From NCBI GenBank assembly GCA_020353515.1, contig CP070695.1, positions 2,422,966 to 2,486,965 of the forward strand: 64,000 nucleotides of DNA. The letters are read 5' to 3'. Made by a program: the position numbers and the translations under genes. The stretch comes from Candidatus Heimdallarchaeota archaeon (lineage in GTDB: Archaea > Asgardarchaeota > Heimdallarchaeia > Hodarchaeales > Hodarchaeaceae). Each line of letters begins with the position of its first letter. Position 1 is the stretch's first letter. Positions 49,961 through 59,641 of this stretch are shown piece by piece. Below the pieces are notes generated by a model. The model saw only the letters and a list, made by a program, of their open reading frames with translations, had not been told where the DNA came from and searched no databases.

Positions 49961-50521
49961 TTAACCCTCTTGTCTTTCTGAGACAACAACCTTAAGAGCA
50001 TTCAAAAATTCTTCCTCCGTCTCTGGAAAATTCTGTTCAAAAAATGCTAGTGAGATCAAAGTTCTTGTACGTGCAACTCCTCCCATTTGTGATATCTTTA
50101 CTAAATTAACTCGAAGGGTATCAATGGTTCGAGTGCGCATTTTTACTAGTATATCTTCTTGGCCTGCCACATAGTGAATTTCTACAATCTCCAGTTCCTT
50201 CATTCTGGATAAAATTTGTGTATGAACGTCTAGTTGTCTATCATGATAGCTACCAAGTTCAATTAATGTTTGGAGTTCAATTAATATGAAAACTGTGATT
50301 TCTTTCCCTAATTTCTTATCATTTGCTAAAACAGCATATTTAATGACTCCATCACTCTCAAGTCTTTTAATTCGCTTCTGAACTGATTGTCTCGAGAGTT
50401 TTACCTTTCTTTTAGCTAGTTCGTCTACTATTCCTTTATGGGTAATTTTAGGTCTATTTTGTAGTATTTTTACGATGTCTCTATCTTTGAAATCAATAGT
50501 AATCTCGTTATCATAACTCAC
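49961..50521 (-). CDS. Lrp/AsnC family transcriptional regulator
   Basis: IDFKDRDIVKILQ, LSRQSVQKRIKRLESDGVI, EIHYVAGQEDILVK, GVARTRT. Confidence 0.9.
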   Translation of the reverse strand: MSYDNEITIDFKDRDIVKILQNRPKITHKGIVDELAKRKVKLSRQSVQKRIKRLESDGVIKYAVLANDKKLGKEITVFILIELQTLIELGSYHDRQLDVHTQILSRMKELEIVEIHYVAGQEDILVKMRTRTIDTLRVNLVKISQMGGVARTRTLISLAFFEQNFPETEEEFLNALKVVVSERQEG

Positions 50522-50672
50522 ATTTTTTACCTCTACAGAATATATAAGTGCGCTTTAACTATTTAAGTCCAATTGTCCAAGGTTAAAATAAGGTGATTAA
50601 AGTTGCATTGGTGCTATATCAAGCTTTATATAAATAACACTGTGTCAGGTTACCCAGATAAGAGTTGATGAA

Positions 50673-51470
50673 ATGAAGACAAGAGATTTACACGAAAATC
50701 ATTATCAACAAATTGTTGAGTTTGGGCGCTCTCGTCCTTGGTTACCCTTAGTTGGAATAATATATGCTTCAGTGGCCGCAATCGTATTAACACAATATTC
50801 TTCCTTCTTTATTCCAGAGTTAAGCATTTCTACAGTTCAATTTTCGCTATCTCTAAGTGCTTTACTCATCTTATCAGCAATTGGTCTCTACTTACTCTCT
50901 AATAACTACCAAACTATTTGGGGATTATCATTCCTCCTATATGCATTTTCCTTTCTTGGACTTTGTTTGAGGATATTTGGTCTTCCTTTAACTGACATAA
51001 ACAATCCCCTAATTTTCCATATTTGGCTATTACCTATAATATTCTTCGCTTCTGGGGTGTGGATTGGTACTAGTAGGCTTTTCTCAGAAAATAACAAGTT
51101 AAATTATCTTCCTGCACTTTTAATTCTATTAGGTGGAGAAAGTTGGTTCCTAATTGGATTTTTCATATTAAAAGATGCCACACTGACGGTTTTTGTGCTA
51201 ATATATGGTTTATTTATACCAGTAGTCTTGTTTTTCACTTATAGCTGGTTTCGTTTAGCAAAAACCTCGATATTTGTTTCCCCCTGGTTTCTATCTCTTG
51301 GTTTTCTGTTGATGGCTATAGCGTACTTTTTCTGGAATCCTTGGATGTCTAGTGATCTCGATCAACTGTATGGTTTCTTTTTCGTAATTTTCAATGTCGC
51401 ACTTGGAATGATCTTAGGTGGATTTTTCATCTTATCAAGAGATTTGACAAAGTACCCAGAAACTTCTTAG
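50673..51470 (+). CDS. Polytopic (7-8 TM) membrane protein, paralogue of 48496..49320
   Basis: Colinear similarity: IWGLSFLLY / IWGSSFLIY; GGESWFLIG / LGELWFIVG. Confidence 0.7.
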   Translation: MKTRDLHENHYQQIVEFGRSRPWLPLVGIIYASVAAIVLTQYSSFFIPELSISTVQFSLSLSALLILSAIGLYLLSNNYQTIWGLSFLLYAFSFLGLCLRIFGLPLTDINNPLIFHIWLLPIIFFASGVWIGTSRLFSENNKLNYLPALLILLGGESWFLIGFFILKDATLTVFVLIYGLFIPVVLFFTYSWFRLAKTSIFVSPWFLSLGFLLMAIAYFFWNPWMSSDLDQLYGFFFVIFNVALGMILGGFFILSRDLTKYPETS

Positions 51471-51476
51471 GTACAC

Positions 51477-51515
51477 AGACTAGAGGATAATGTCTCTAGT
51501 CTAATTCTTTTTTCT
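51477..51515 (+). terminator. Hairpin plus T-tract, putative terminator
   Basis: Perfect 9-bp inverted repeat AGACTAGAG-N8-CTCTAGTCT followed by AATTCTTTTTTCTT, just after the stop of 50673..51470. Confidence 0.55.
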
Positions 51516-51680
51516 TAAATTTTTATCTGATTATTTACGTTCTAGGATTTTTAGATGCTAGTTTATTTGATATATATTCTATTGATAGAGTATTTATTGC
51601 AGGAATAGGAAGTATCAAAATTAAACCATTTATGATGGGGAGAATAATTCTCATAAATGACAATTATTTGAGGATTATTC

Positions 51681-53351
51681 TTGAAAACTTCCGATAACTC
51701 ATCTGTTCCTCTCACTCATTATATCCGTAAAACTTTTACTAGAGAGAGGCTTAGAAAAAACCTTATTTTCATTGGTATAATTAATTTCGTATGGTTATTC
51801 TTCCGAACAGGATCTAAACCATCAAGAATTACCTATCCATGTCAGCAAGCAGCTATTAACAATCTTTCAATTTCTTTAAGTGCAATCGCTCCACATACCA
51901 TTATAACATCAGTTTTCACAACATTAAAGGCATCTTTGGCTAAAAGTAAGACTATTTTCCTGTTAATACTTATAACTGCAGTGGTTACTGGTGGGCTATT
52001 TCTGAGGTCTCAAACTGAGATTAGTCCTCAAGAAGTCATTCTGTCATTTGAATCTAAGCAGGCCACAGACTTTCCTGCATCTGATATTTACATCGTAAAT
52101 GGCCGAAAAGCAGCCCACTTCCCAGAATTGATTTCCTTAATGAGTTCAAATGATTTATTCTTCTATCAATCGGATGTTGAAGGAGCATTCCAAAATCCCA
52201 AGGGATTAATTAATCAGAACGATGTAATACTTCTGAAGTTCAACTCACAATGGCCAGCACGCGGGGGAACAAATACTGATCTATTAAAAGAGGTTATTCA
52301 AGCAATTATTGACCATCCAGAGGGATTTAAGGGGGAAATAATAGTTGCTGATAATGGTCAGGGGCGTGGACATTTGGATTGGTACTATGCCAATGCAGAA
52401 AACCACTCCCAATCAACCCAAGATGTTGTAGATTTATTTTCTTCTTCTTACAACGTTTCAACTTACGATTGGCAAACTATTAGAGACACCTCTGTTAATG
52501 AGTATTCCGAAGGGGATATTTCGGATGGTTATGTTGTCTATGACACCCCCGATCCTGAAACACAGATCTACGTTTCCTATCCTAAATTTGAAACCGAATT
52601 TGGGACTCATATTAGTTTCAAATATGGGATTTGGAACGGGACAGGATATGAAAAGCAACTCAAAGTGATTAACATGCCTGTTTTGAAATCTCATGAGATC
52701 TATGGAGTTACTGCAGCTACTAAAAATTATATGGGGGTACAAACAGAAATTCTAAATGGGGGATTGGCAAATGGCCATGAATCTGTTGCTACAGGAGGAA
52801 TGGGAACTTTGATGGTTGAATTTGGACTTCCAACTCTGAATATTATTGATGCAATATGGGTAAATGCGAATCCATACCCTTCCACACTTACGGGACCTTA
52901 TACAGGTTATAGTGAGGCAACCAGAGTCAATATCCTTTTAGTAGGAGTAGACCCAATTGCTCTTGACTATTGGGCTGCTAAACATATTCTTATTGAAACT
53001 GCTAAATTAACTGGATTTAATGATACACAGACTCTTGATCCTGATAATGTTCAAAGGTGGGGACTAAATGAAGCATATGGAGTTTGGTTAAATCTAACAA
53101 AAGAAGAAATAAGAAGAGGAGGATATAATGTGACAACCAACGAAGATTGTATGAATATCTTTGTACACGAAGATTATTCACTAATTAGTTCTTCAATGAG
53201 TTCCTCTAGTTCTCAAATATCAACAAATTCTTCTACGACAAGTAAAACAAGCCCTCCAAATCAAACTACAGGATTTGGGATAGTCGCTCTGATTTCAAGT
53301 TTAATAGTGTTCACAGCTTTAGTTTTCAGACGAAAAAGAAACAGTTCATAA
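51681..53351 (+). CDS. DUF362-like protein with N-terminal TM segments and C-terminal Ser/Thr linker + sorting/anchor signal
   Basis: VILLKFN, TNTDLLKEVI, INMPVLKSH..YGVTAATKNYMG, LNIIDAIW, DPIALD; ends TTGFGIVALISSLIVFTALVFRRKRNSS. Confidence 0.75.
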   Translation: MKTSDNSSVPLTHYIRKTFTRERLRKNLIFIGIINFVWLFFRTGSKPSRITYPCQQAAINNLSISLSAIAPHTIITSVFTTLKASLAKSKTIFLLILITAVVTGGLFLRSQTEISPQEVILSFESKQATDFPASDIYIVNGRKAAHFPELISLMSSNDLFFYQSDVEGAFQNPKGLINQNDVILLKFNSQWPARGGTNTDLLKEVIQAIIDHPEGFKGEIIVADNGQGRGHLDWYYANAENHSQSTQDVVDLFSSSYNVSTYDWQTIRDTSVNEYSEGDISDGYVVYDTPDPETQIYVSYPKFETEFGTHISFKYGIWNGTGYEKQLKVINMPVLKSHEIYGVTAATKNYMGVQTEILNGGLANGHESVATGGMGTLMVEFGLPTLNIIDAIWVNANPYPSTLTGPYTGYSEATRVNILLVGVDPIALDYWAAKHILIETAKLTGFNDTQTLDPDNVQRWGLNEAYGVWLNLTKEEIRRGGYNVTTNEDCMNIFVHEDYSLISSSMSSSSSQISTNSSTTSKTSPPNQTTGFGIVALISSLIVFTALVFRRKRNSS

Positions 53352-54224
53352 TACAGTAGAGATTATTTCTTCTCCGTGATTTATTACTGCTGATAGATGA
53401 CCTTCGTTCTGAAAGATCTTTGCTGTAGCCTTAGGAATCATATCGGTAAAGGGGTGGACAAAAAGACTGTTAGGATCTTGATCACCTGCACAGACAAATA
53501 TTTTGATATTTGAAGAAAGATCTTGTAAGTTGAAGCCCCAAGAGCTTGCAAAGATTTTGTATTCCTGAATTATTCCCCGAGTTCCTTGTTTCATCCCTTC
53601 AACACCACATTCATAAAATTTGGGAAAAAAATCTGTTTCTACTATCAGCTTCCTGTCTGCTTCTGGAAGGTTACTGTTTCTTAGAGTCATTTTTTGGAAA
53701 ATATCCATTGATTTCATTCCACGTAGCTGTAACCGCATGATTGGTTTAAAGACCCAAGACATGGAACGAGCTAAGAAAAAAGTTGTCCGAAAAGCTCTTG
53801 GATACTTCTTCCACGCTTCTTTCAGATCAATGGAACCAGTACTACTTATCATTCCACAACCCGTTATTCGTTCAGGTATGCTATAAGCGCATGCAGCTAC
53901 GTGCGGTCCTCCTCCTGAAACACCTGCAATCGCAAATTTGTCTATTCCTAGATGATCTGCTAATTCTTTGACATCCGATGGCCAATCGAGAAGCACCCTA
54001 TTCCTTTGAAATGAAGATAATCCAATTCCAGGACGGTCAGGGGCAATAACATGAATGTTATGCTGATTAACAATTGTTTCGATAAATTGGATTTCAAGTC
54101 TCGAACTACCTCCACCATGAAACCAAAATAATGTTTGATTACCCTGATTTCCTACTTCAGCATATCCTAAGATTCGACCATCCTTTAAAGTGATTGTTTG
54201 GGATAAATTTTCTTTAGAGACCAT
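53346..54224 (-). CDS. Alpha/beta hydrolase
   Basis: DGRILGYAE.G, FHG, PDRPGIGLS, nucleophile elbow GVSGGGP, EGH. Confidence 0.92.
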   Translation of the reverse strand: MVSKENLSQTITLKDGRILGYAEVGNQGNQTLFWFHGGGSSRLEIQFIETIVNQHNIHVIAPDRPGIGLSSFQRNRVLLDWPSDVKELADHLGIDKFAIAGVSGGGPHVAACAYSIPERITGCGMISSTGSIDLKEAWKKYPRAFRTTFFLARSMSWVFKPIMRLQLRGMKSMDIFQKMTLRNSNLPEADRKLIVETDFFPKFYECGVEGMKQGTRGIIQEYKIFASSWGFNLQDLSSNIKIFVCAGDQDPNSLFVHPFTDMIPKATAKIFQNEGHLSAVINHGEEIISTVL

Positions 54225-54277
54225 TTGAGTTTCCTTCTACCTCTTAGAATCCACCTAAGACCAGTTTTGTCAATATT

Positions 54278-54979
54278 CTATAAAGTCAATGTTAGATCCA
54301 ATATATTTTTACCTACGATTGGAATGACTGCAACTGGTTGATAATCAACTTCTGTGAGTGAGGGGAGTCCAAAAACACCAGTTTTAACAAGAATTATTCT
54401 TACTCCTGATCGTTTAGCAGCCAATAAATCGACTATGGTATCTCCTACAAAGACCACTTCATCAATTGAGACCCCTAATTTCTTAATTGCATAATATATT
54501 GGTATTGGAGACGGTTTCCAATATCCAATGCTTTTTGAATCTACTAGAACATCAAAATAGTGTAAAAATGGGGCAAATCTCTTTCGTAAAAGGCGAGGTG
54601 ATCCATTGGAAACAATAGCTAGTTTAAATCCTCTTTGTTTTAATTTCTGTAATGTTTCTGGCACTTTGGGGAACACATGGATCTCTTGATCCCACTTGAG
54701 AAACTGCCATGTGATACGCAGTAATCCCTGAAGTAGTCTTACCCATGAGATTCTAAAGTCTGCTTTTATTCCTCTGAAGAGCTGAAAACTGAACCAAGAA
54801 TGTTTGTACCACCCACCATTTCGTCTTAAATTGTAAAAAGTGCCTAAGCGTTTAAGGTACTTTTTAACCTTCCTTCGGGTTGGGATCTCCATAAATTCTT
54901 GTGCGATTAACTGGGGAAACAGGCGTAAGGTATTAACAAGTGTCCCATCAAGATCAAAGAGTATTGCTTTGAGTGCCAA
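54278..54979 (-). CDS. HAD-superfamily hydrolase
   Basis: FDLDGTL, VSN, KPSP, VGDT..D. Confidence 0.92.
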   Translation of the reverse strand: MALKAILFDLDGTLVNTLRLFPQLIAQEFMEIPTRRKVKKYLKRLGTFYNLRRNGGWYKHSWFSFQLFRGIKADFRISWVRLLQGLLRITWQFLKWDQEIHVFPKVPETLQKLKQRGFKLAIVSNGSPRLLRKRFAPFLHYFDVLVDSKSIGYWKPSPIPIYYAIKKLGVSIDEVVFVGDTIVDLLAAKRSGVRIILVKTGVFGLPSLTEVDYQPVAVIPIVGKNILDLTLTL

Positions 54980-55030
54980 ACTTTATGTATCCTTTCTCCT
55001 AAACACTCGCCAAATACCTATTACTAGATT

Positions 55031-55492
55031 TTATCGAGGTATCCTTTCCATATATTGTTTATACTCCTCTCCAAATTTCTCAAGGGTGAGCTTTTCTTCC
55101 TTTATCATGAAATAATAACAACATAAACCCAGTGTAGCTCCAAAAAATAAACTTAGGGGATGTTGAGAGATTAATGCAAATCCTATGAACACATAGGCAA
55201 GACTGAGATAGATTGGGTGCCGAATAATCCCATAGATACCTTTGTCTACTAGTTTAGTTGTTACAAAACCCTTAGCTTTTTCCATCCCACCTTCTGTCTT
55301 CAGAATATTGGAAGAAAGAAATAAAACCGCTGATAGAATTAAAGAAATCATTCCTAGATACAGAAGTATATCGAGATTAGCCCAGTTACCATAGAAGAAT
55401 AGTATCAATAACTGTACAACCACTCCTATTAACATATAAAATGAAATAATCTTATCTTTACCAGTCATCTGGTAAAGTCTTGTTTCATTCAA
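55031..55492 (-). CDS. Isoprenylcysteine carboxyl methyltransferase / PEMT-like membrane methyltransferase family protein
   Basis: LVDKGIYGIIRHPIY, EEKL..KFGEEY.QYM..PR. Confidence 0.85.
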   Translation of the reverse strand: MNETRLYQMTGKDKIISFYMLIGVVVQLLILFFYGNWANLDILLYLGMISLILSAVLFLSSNILKTEGGMEKAKGFVTTKLVDKGIYGIIRHPIYLSLAYVFIGFALISQHPLSLFFGATLGLCCYYFMIKEEKLTLEKFGEEYKQYMERIPR

Positions 55493-55495
55493 TTA

Positions 55496-55825
55496 CTATT
55501 CCTCGCTGGATTCCTCCACGTAAGTGAGATATTTTATTGAGATCTGGTGTTTTTGGGAATAGTTAATTCCATCTCTTGATTCCTCAGCTAGGATTCGAAG
55601 ATTTCCAGGAACTTTAGAAAGTTTGATTAACGGAACATGTAATTCTACATAATGGTGTTCAGAAGTACCTAGGTATTGACCACGAACATTTCCTAAATCA
55701 TCAATCAAACGAACTTTGTATCGTTTAGACCCGTCTTCCAATATTAGACGAATATAAAAAGGAATAGGAACAGTAAATTCGGAGAATTCATCGCCCTCAT
55801 CGTCAACTACAACAATCTTTGGCAT
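55496..55825 (-). CDS. Hypothetical protein
   Basis: 109-aa ATG ORF tightly packed in a minus-strand gene run. Confidence 0.6.
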   Translation of the reverse strand: MPKIVVVDDEGDEFSEFTVPIPFYIRLILEDGSKRYKVRLIDDLGNVRGQYLGTSEHHYVELHVPLIKLSKVPGNLRILAEESRDGINYSQKHQISIKYLTYVEESSEE

Positions 55826-55851
55826 GGCTCTTAACCTTTCAATTTCGAGTA

Positions 55852-56955
55852 TTAAAATTCCTTATATTGTTTAAACTCCTCTAATTCTCTCTGCAATCGC
55901 ATTTTTCTCTCTATTTCCTCTTCTGTGGGATAAGGGGTTTCAGCCCAGAGATCTACCTCTGGTAGTCCTAAATTTTTCCGAACACGTTTTTCCAACGAAC
56001 CAAATCCAACACGAGAAGCCATGAATTTAATAAATTTAAACTTTACTTTAGAAGGAAACCGTTCCCATTCTTTAGCAAACCCCCCATCTTCGATATGACG
56101 AAGAACACCTTTTTGAATGTGTAATACTTCTTCTATTATTTCTTTATACCTCATTCCTCGGCTTAGAAGTCCATATTGTGATCTTTCGTCTAATAATCCA
56201 ACTTGATTAACTATTCCAAGATCCATCATATTCATAAAAGAGTGTTTCATGTTACCTGAAAGAATCAATTCGACCAGTACTGCTTCTTCGGGGTAACCAG
56301 CTTCAACGAGTAATTCTATGGGCTTCATCATAATCTGACTACTTGCGGGTCCAAATCCTTGTTCAGTGAACAGGTCAAGAATTGTCTCCTGTTCAAATGA
56401 TATTTCGATTCCAGCTTTGCTTAAACCACCCACAGCTTTGCTTAAGGCCAATAATTTGTCTTTAGCTTTCCCAGAAGCATCCTGATGAACCCCAATGAAA
56501 CTAAAATATCCCTCACCGTTTAAAATACATTCTCTTACTCCTATACCGATCATTCTTGGAGCTATCAATAATACATCGATATTAGAGGGGGGTATAATCA
56601 ATCCAAATGCAATATTATACCCGTGAGCGAAGATGATAACAGAATGTTCCCTTAAAAAAGGTTTCACTTGTTTGGTGAACACATCTTTCTGCACTTCATC
56701 TGGAACTAGGAGAAAAAGAGCGTCTGCTTGTTTAACTGCTTCAGAAATGTCAAATGTTGGAAATCCATCTTTCTGCGCTCTTACTCGATATTCATCATCA
56801 CGATTCCCTATGATGACATTAACACCAGCATCCCGTATATTTAATGCTTGTGAACGGCCTTGATTACCATATCCACAAATAGCTACAGTTATCCCCTTTA
56901 GAACAGTTAAATCCCCATCATCCTCATTGTATAATGTAACACCCATTCTTTTCAT
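55852..56955 (-). CDS. ilvC: Ketol-acid reductoisomerase-like protein (paralogue A)
   Basis: GYGNQG.SQALN.RD.G, LVPDE, FAHG, FEQETILDLFTEQ. Confidence 0.8.
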   Translation of the reverse strand: MKRMGVTLYNEDDGDLTVLKGITVAICGYGNQGRSQALNIRDAGVNVIIGNRDDEYRVRAQKDGFPTFDISEAVKQADALFLLVPDEVQKDVFTKQVKPFLREHSVIIFAHGYNIAFGLIIPPSNIDVLLIAPRMIGIGVRECILNGEGYFSFIGVHQDASGKAKDKLLALSKAVGGLSKAGIEISFEQETILDLFTEQGFGPASSQIMMKPIELLVEAGYPEEAVLVELILSGNMKHSFMNMMDLGIVNQVGLLDERSQYGLLSRGMRYKEIIEEVLHIQKGVLRHIEDGGFAKEWERFPSKVKFKFIKFMASRVGFGSLEKRVRKNLGLPEVDLWAETPYPTEEEIERKMRLQRELEEFKQYKEF

Positions 56956-56961
56956 TTCCTG

Positions 56962-58065
56962 TCATAACCCATCATAGAAAGCTCTTATATTATCGATTTC
57001 TTTTTTGAGCTGGGGATATTGATTGATTTTATCGTCTGGGGGAAAATCTGGTTCTTTTTCTATACTCAATTTCTTGAAATTTAAATTATCACGAACCTGT
57101 TGCTCAAGAGCAGCGAACTTAGTATTCCCTTCGAAATACCTCATAATTTGGAGCTTCAGTTTACTCTCAAATGTTTCCCATTCTTTTACAAACTGCCCAT
57201 TCTCAATTTCATGCAGGATTACTCGTTGGATCTCTTCAACTTTTTTCGCAACACCTCGAAATTTCACTCCACGAGACATTTGCCCATATTGAGAGGTCTG
57301 GGAATGATAATTCATCTGTTTTATCATTCCTACATCAATTATCTTATCAACTGTGAAGCGTCCTTCTCCTGAAAGAATCAATTCAACAAAGATGGCTTCA
57401 GGGGGATACCCATCTTCTATTAATCGCAGTATTGATCTCAGGAGTACTTGCGTAAGCGCATACGAAAACGTTTGAGATGCAAATAAGCTTAATACTGCTT
57501 GATGTTTGAATGTAACCTCAATAGCTGGTCTAGTATCAGTCAATCCTCCAATCGCCTTAGTTAGAGCTAAAAGATTTTGCTTAGCATTCCCCGAAAAATC
57601 TTGATGAATACCAATAAAGGAAAAAAAACCTTTATTTTGAATGAAACTTTCTCTAATAGCAATACCAGGAACACGAGGAGAGAGGAGTAACACATCATTT
57701 TTTTCAGGAAGTGTGACTAAATTAAAAGCAACAGTATATCCACTAGCAAAGACAATTGTCTGATTCTCTTTCAAACTTGGATTTATTGTTTCGCTAACAA
57801 TTCTTACCATATCTTCATCTGATACAAGTAAAAGAATAAAATCAGAATGTTCGACAGCTTTTGGTATGTTAAAGATAGGAAAATCATCTTTTTGAGCTCG
57901 TTGCTTGTATTTTTCTTTTTCTAGTCCTAATATGACCTTAATACCTGAATCTCGTAAATTTAACGCTTGGGCACGGGCTTGGTTTCCATAACCGATTATT
58001 GCTACCGTTTTCTCTTGTAAATTGGAGACCTCACCATCTTGAGTGAAATAAATCTGAGTAGACAT
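56962..58065 (-). CDS. Ketol-acid reductoisomerase-like protein (paralogue B, degenerate metal-binding helix)
   Basis: GYGNQARAQALNLRDSG; the E..DL..EQ helix is replaced by QAVLSLFASQ; retains ELILSGE and HSQTSQYG. Confidence 0.78.
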   Translation of the reverse strand: MSTQIYFTQDGEVSNLQEKTVAIIGYGNQARAQALNLRDSGIKVILGLEKEKYKQRAQKDDFPIFNIPKAVEHSDFILLLVSDEDMVRIVSETINPSLKENQTIVFASGYTVAFNLVTLPEKNDVLLLSPRVPGIAIRESFIQNKGFFSFIGIHQDFSGNAKQNLLALTKAIGGLTDTRPAIEVTFKHQAVLSLFASQTFSYALTQVLLRSILRLIEDGYPPEAIFVELILSGEGRFTVDKIIDVGMIKQMNYHSQTSQYGQMSRGVKFRGVAKKVEEIQRVILHEIENGQFVKEWETFESKLKLQIMRYFEGNTKFAALEQQVRDNLNFKKLSIEKEPDFPPDDKINQYPQLKKEIDNIRAFYDGL

Positions 58066-58079
58066 TGAGAATCAGCCTT

Positions 58080-59516
58080 TCAGATGATGTAAAAAGCTTT
58101 AAGCAAAAAGAAACCATAGAAGACTATTGAGATGCAAATTACTATCACCTCGAAAATAGAAAATCTATATTCTTTCGGTAGGATTTGATAATTGACAGCG
58201 AGAAGCCCAATTGAGAAGATGACACCACCAATATTTGCTAATGATCCTGCGAGTAAAACCATAGTAACAGGAGGAGTCCCAATTATTATTACGATCAACC
58301 AAATCACAACGAATATTCCAAGAATTCCATAATAAATAGGCCTTACATCTCCTTTAAACCTATCATGAAGACTCGGAAAAGTATTCCAGATGATATTAGC
58401 AAATTGACGCATAATGCCATCGATAACTCCCGTCCCATCAGCAAAAAACACTAAAGCGAACATGATGAGAATTAAAGGCCAAGCAAATGCAATCATCAAA
58501 CCTAAATTTTGAGCTAACACAGAGGTGAATCCAAAAATGTTTTCAGTAGCAGCTCCAGTGGGCACAAAATAATAATACAACGTACAGGGAAACACCATTG
58601 TGATAAGACTTCCGAAGAAGAAAATAGGCACCAATTCTAACAAGATAAACTTGTACCATTTTTTTGCACGCTGCTGATTCTCTTCATTTACTTTAGGCAT
58701 GTAGCCTTTCACCAAGAATTCAACTTTCTCTCCACCGAGAGCGCCTGGAATGTGACCCAGTCTTTTAGCCATTCCCCAACCTGTATCACGATAGTATGCT
58801 GAAATACTCATTCCAGCACTTGCAGCTAATCCCGCAAATCCTGCCACAGCACCTAATGCTAACCAATCAGCACCTTCAGGTAAATAACCAAAATGGAAAA
58901 AACCAGAAAAAACCTCAACTATCGTAGTAACAGGCACCGTCAGAAGGGTTATTATAATTAACAAGGGGATTATAATTAGGAAATGGATAATGAAGAACAT
59001 CAGACCAAGAGTTTTCATCACCTTTTTCCCTAAGAAAAGAGGTAGAAGAATAATCACAAGAGCAATAATGGTAAAAATAACCCACAAAAATTGTTGATCA
59101 GATGTCGGTACATCATTAATCATAATAGCGACAAATGTTACTCCGAGTAGGGCAGGGTAGTATGGTAGTATAGCTGAAAGCGTTCCAAGAACGATCCAAA
59201 CAGCAGTCCATGCTTTTTTACTAAACCACAAGCGATTTAAGCCAATTTGAAACGGTTCCCCAGTTAAAATAGTATATTTTGACGCACTTATTGCTGTGAC
59301 TGTCTGAAGGAAAATACTAATGAGAGCAACCCAGAGAATCAAAGGCCCATGCTTTACAATTAAATATGGACCGGATACAAGTTCCCCAGTTCCTAATCCC
59401 AGTCCCAAAGCAATGATCCCAGGGCCAATGAGGAATTTCAAATAATCCCTCCAACTTTTCACCTCAAATGGCTCAGGAATATCCTCTATTCCAGTGAATT
59501 CTTTGTCTGTAACCAT
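58080..59516 (-). CDS. Nramp-like/APC-fold secondary transporter
   Basis: IGPGIIALGLGLGTGELVSGP, KYTILTGE, YYRDTGWGM...G.I; about 11 TM. Confidence 0.75.
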   Translation of the reverse strand: MVTDKEFTGIEDIPEPFEVKSWRDYLKFLIGPGIIALGLGLGTGELVSGPYLIVKHGPLILWVALISIFLQTVTAISASKYTILTGEPFQIGLNRLWFSKKAWTAVWIVLGTLSAILPYYPALLGVTFVAIMINDVPTSDQQFLWVIFTIIALVIILLPLFLGKKVMKTLGLMFFIIHFLIIIPLLIIITLLTVPVTTIVEVFSGFFHFGYLPEGADWLALGAVAGFAGLAASAGMSISAYYRDTGWGMAKRLGHIPGALGGEKVEFLVKGYMPKVNEENQQRAKKWYKFILLELVPIFFFGSLITMVFPCTLYYYFVPTGAATENIFGFTSVLAQNLGLMIAFAWPLILIMFALVFFADGTGVIDGIMRQFANIIWNTFPSLHDRFKGDVRPIYYGILGIFVVIWLIVIIIGTPPVTMVLLAGSLANIGGVIFSIGLLAVNYQILPKEYRFSIFEVIVICISIVFYGFFLLKAFYII

Positions 59517-59641
59517 TTTATCACTTCAATGTACCTAAAATCCAGAACACAAAGTTTAGCGAAATCTTTAAACTTTATGAGATTAATCGGATGCAAAATT
59601 CTATTTTTATAAAAGAATAATCATCACAAACTGTATGGGGT

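Noticed and set aside
48496-51470. Rhodopsins among the 7-TM proteins
   Set aside because: No retinal-binding lysine motif (DxxxK/SxxxK) recognisable in the last helix
55031-55492. ICMT-like enzyme as a modifier of the Rab-like GTPases
   Set aside because: The GTPases have no C-terminal cysteine motif, the gene is over 40 kb away, and the family is widespread in prokaryotes
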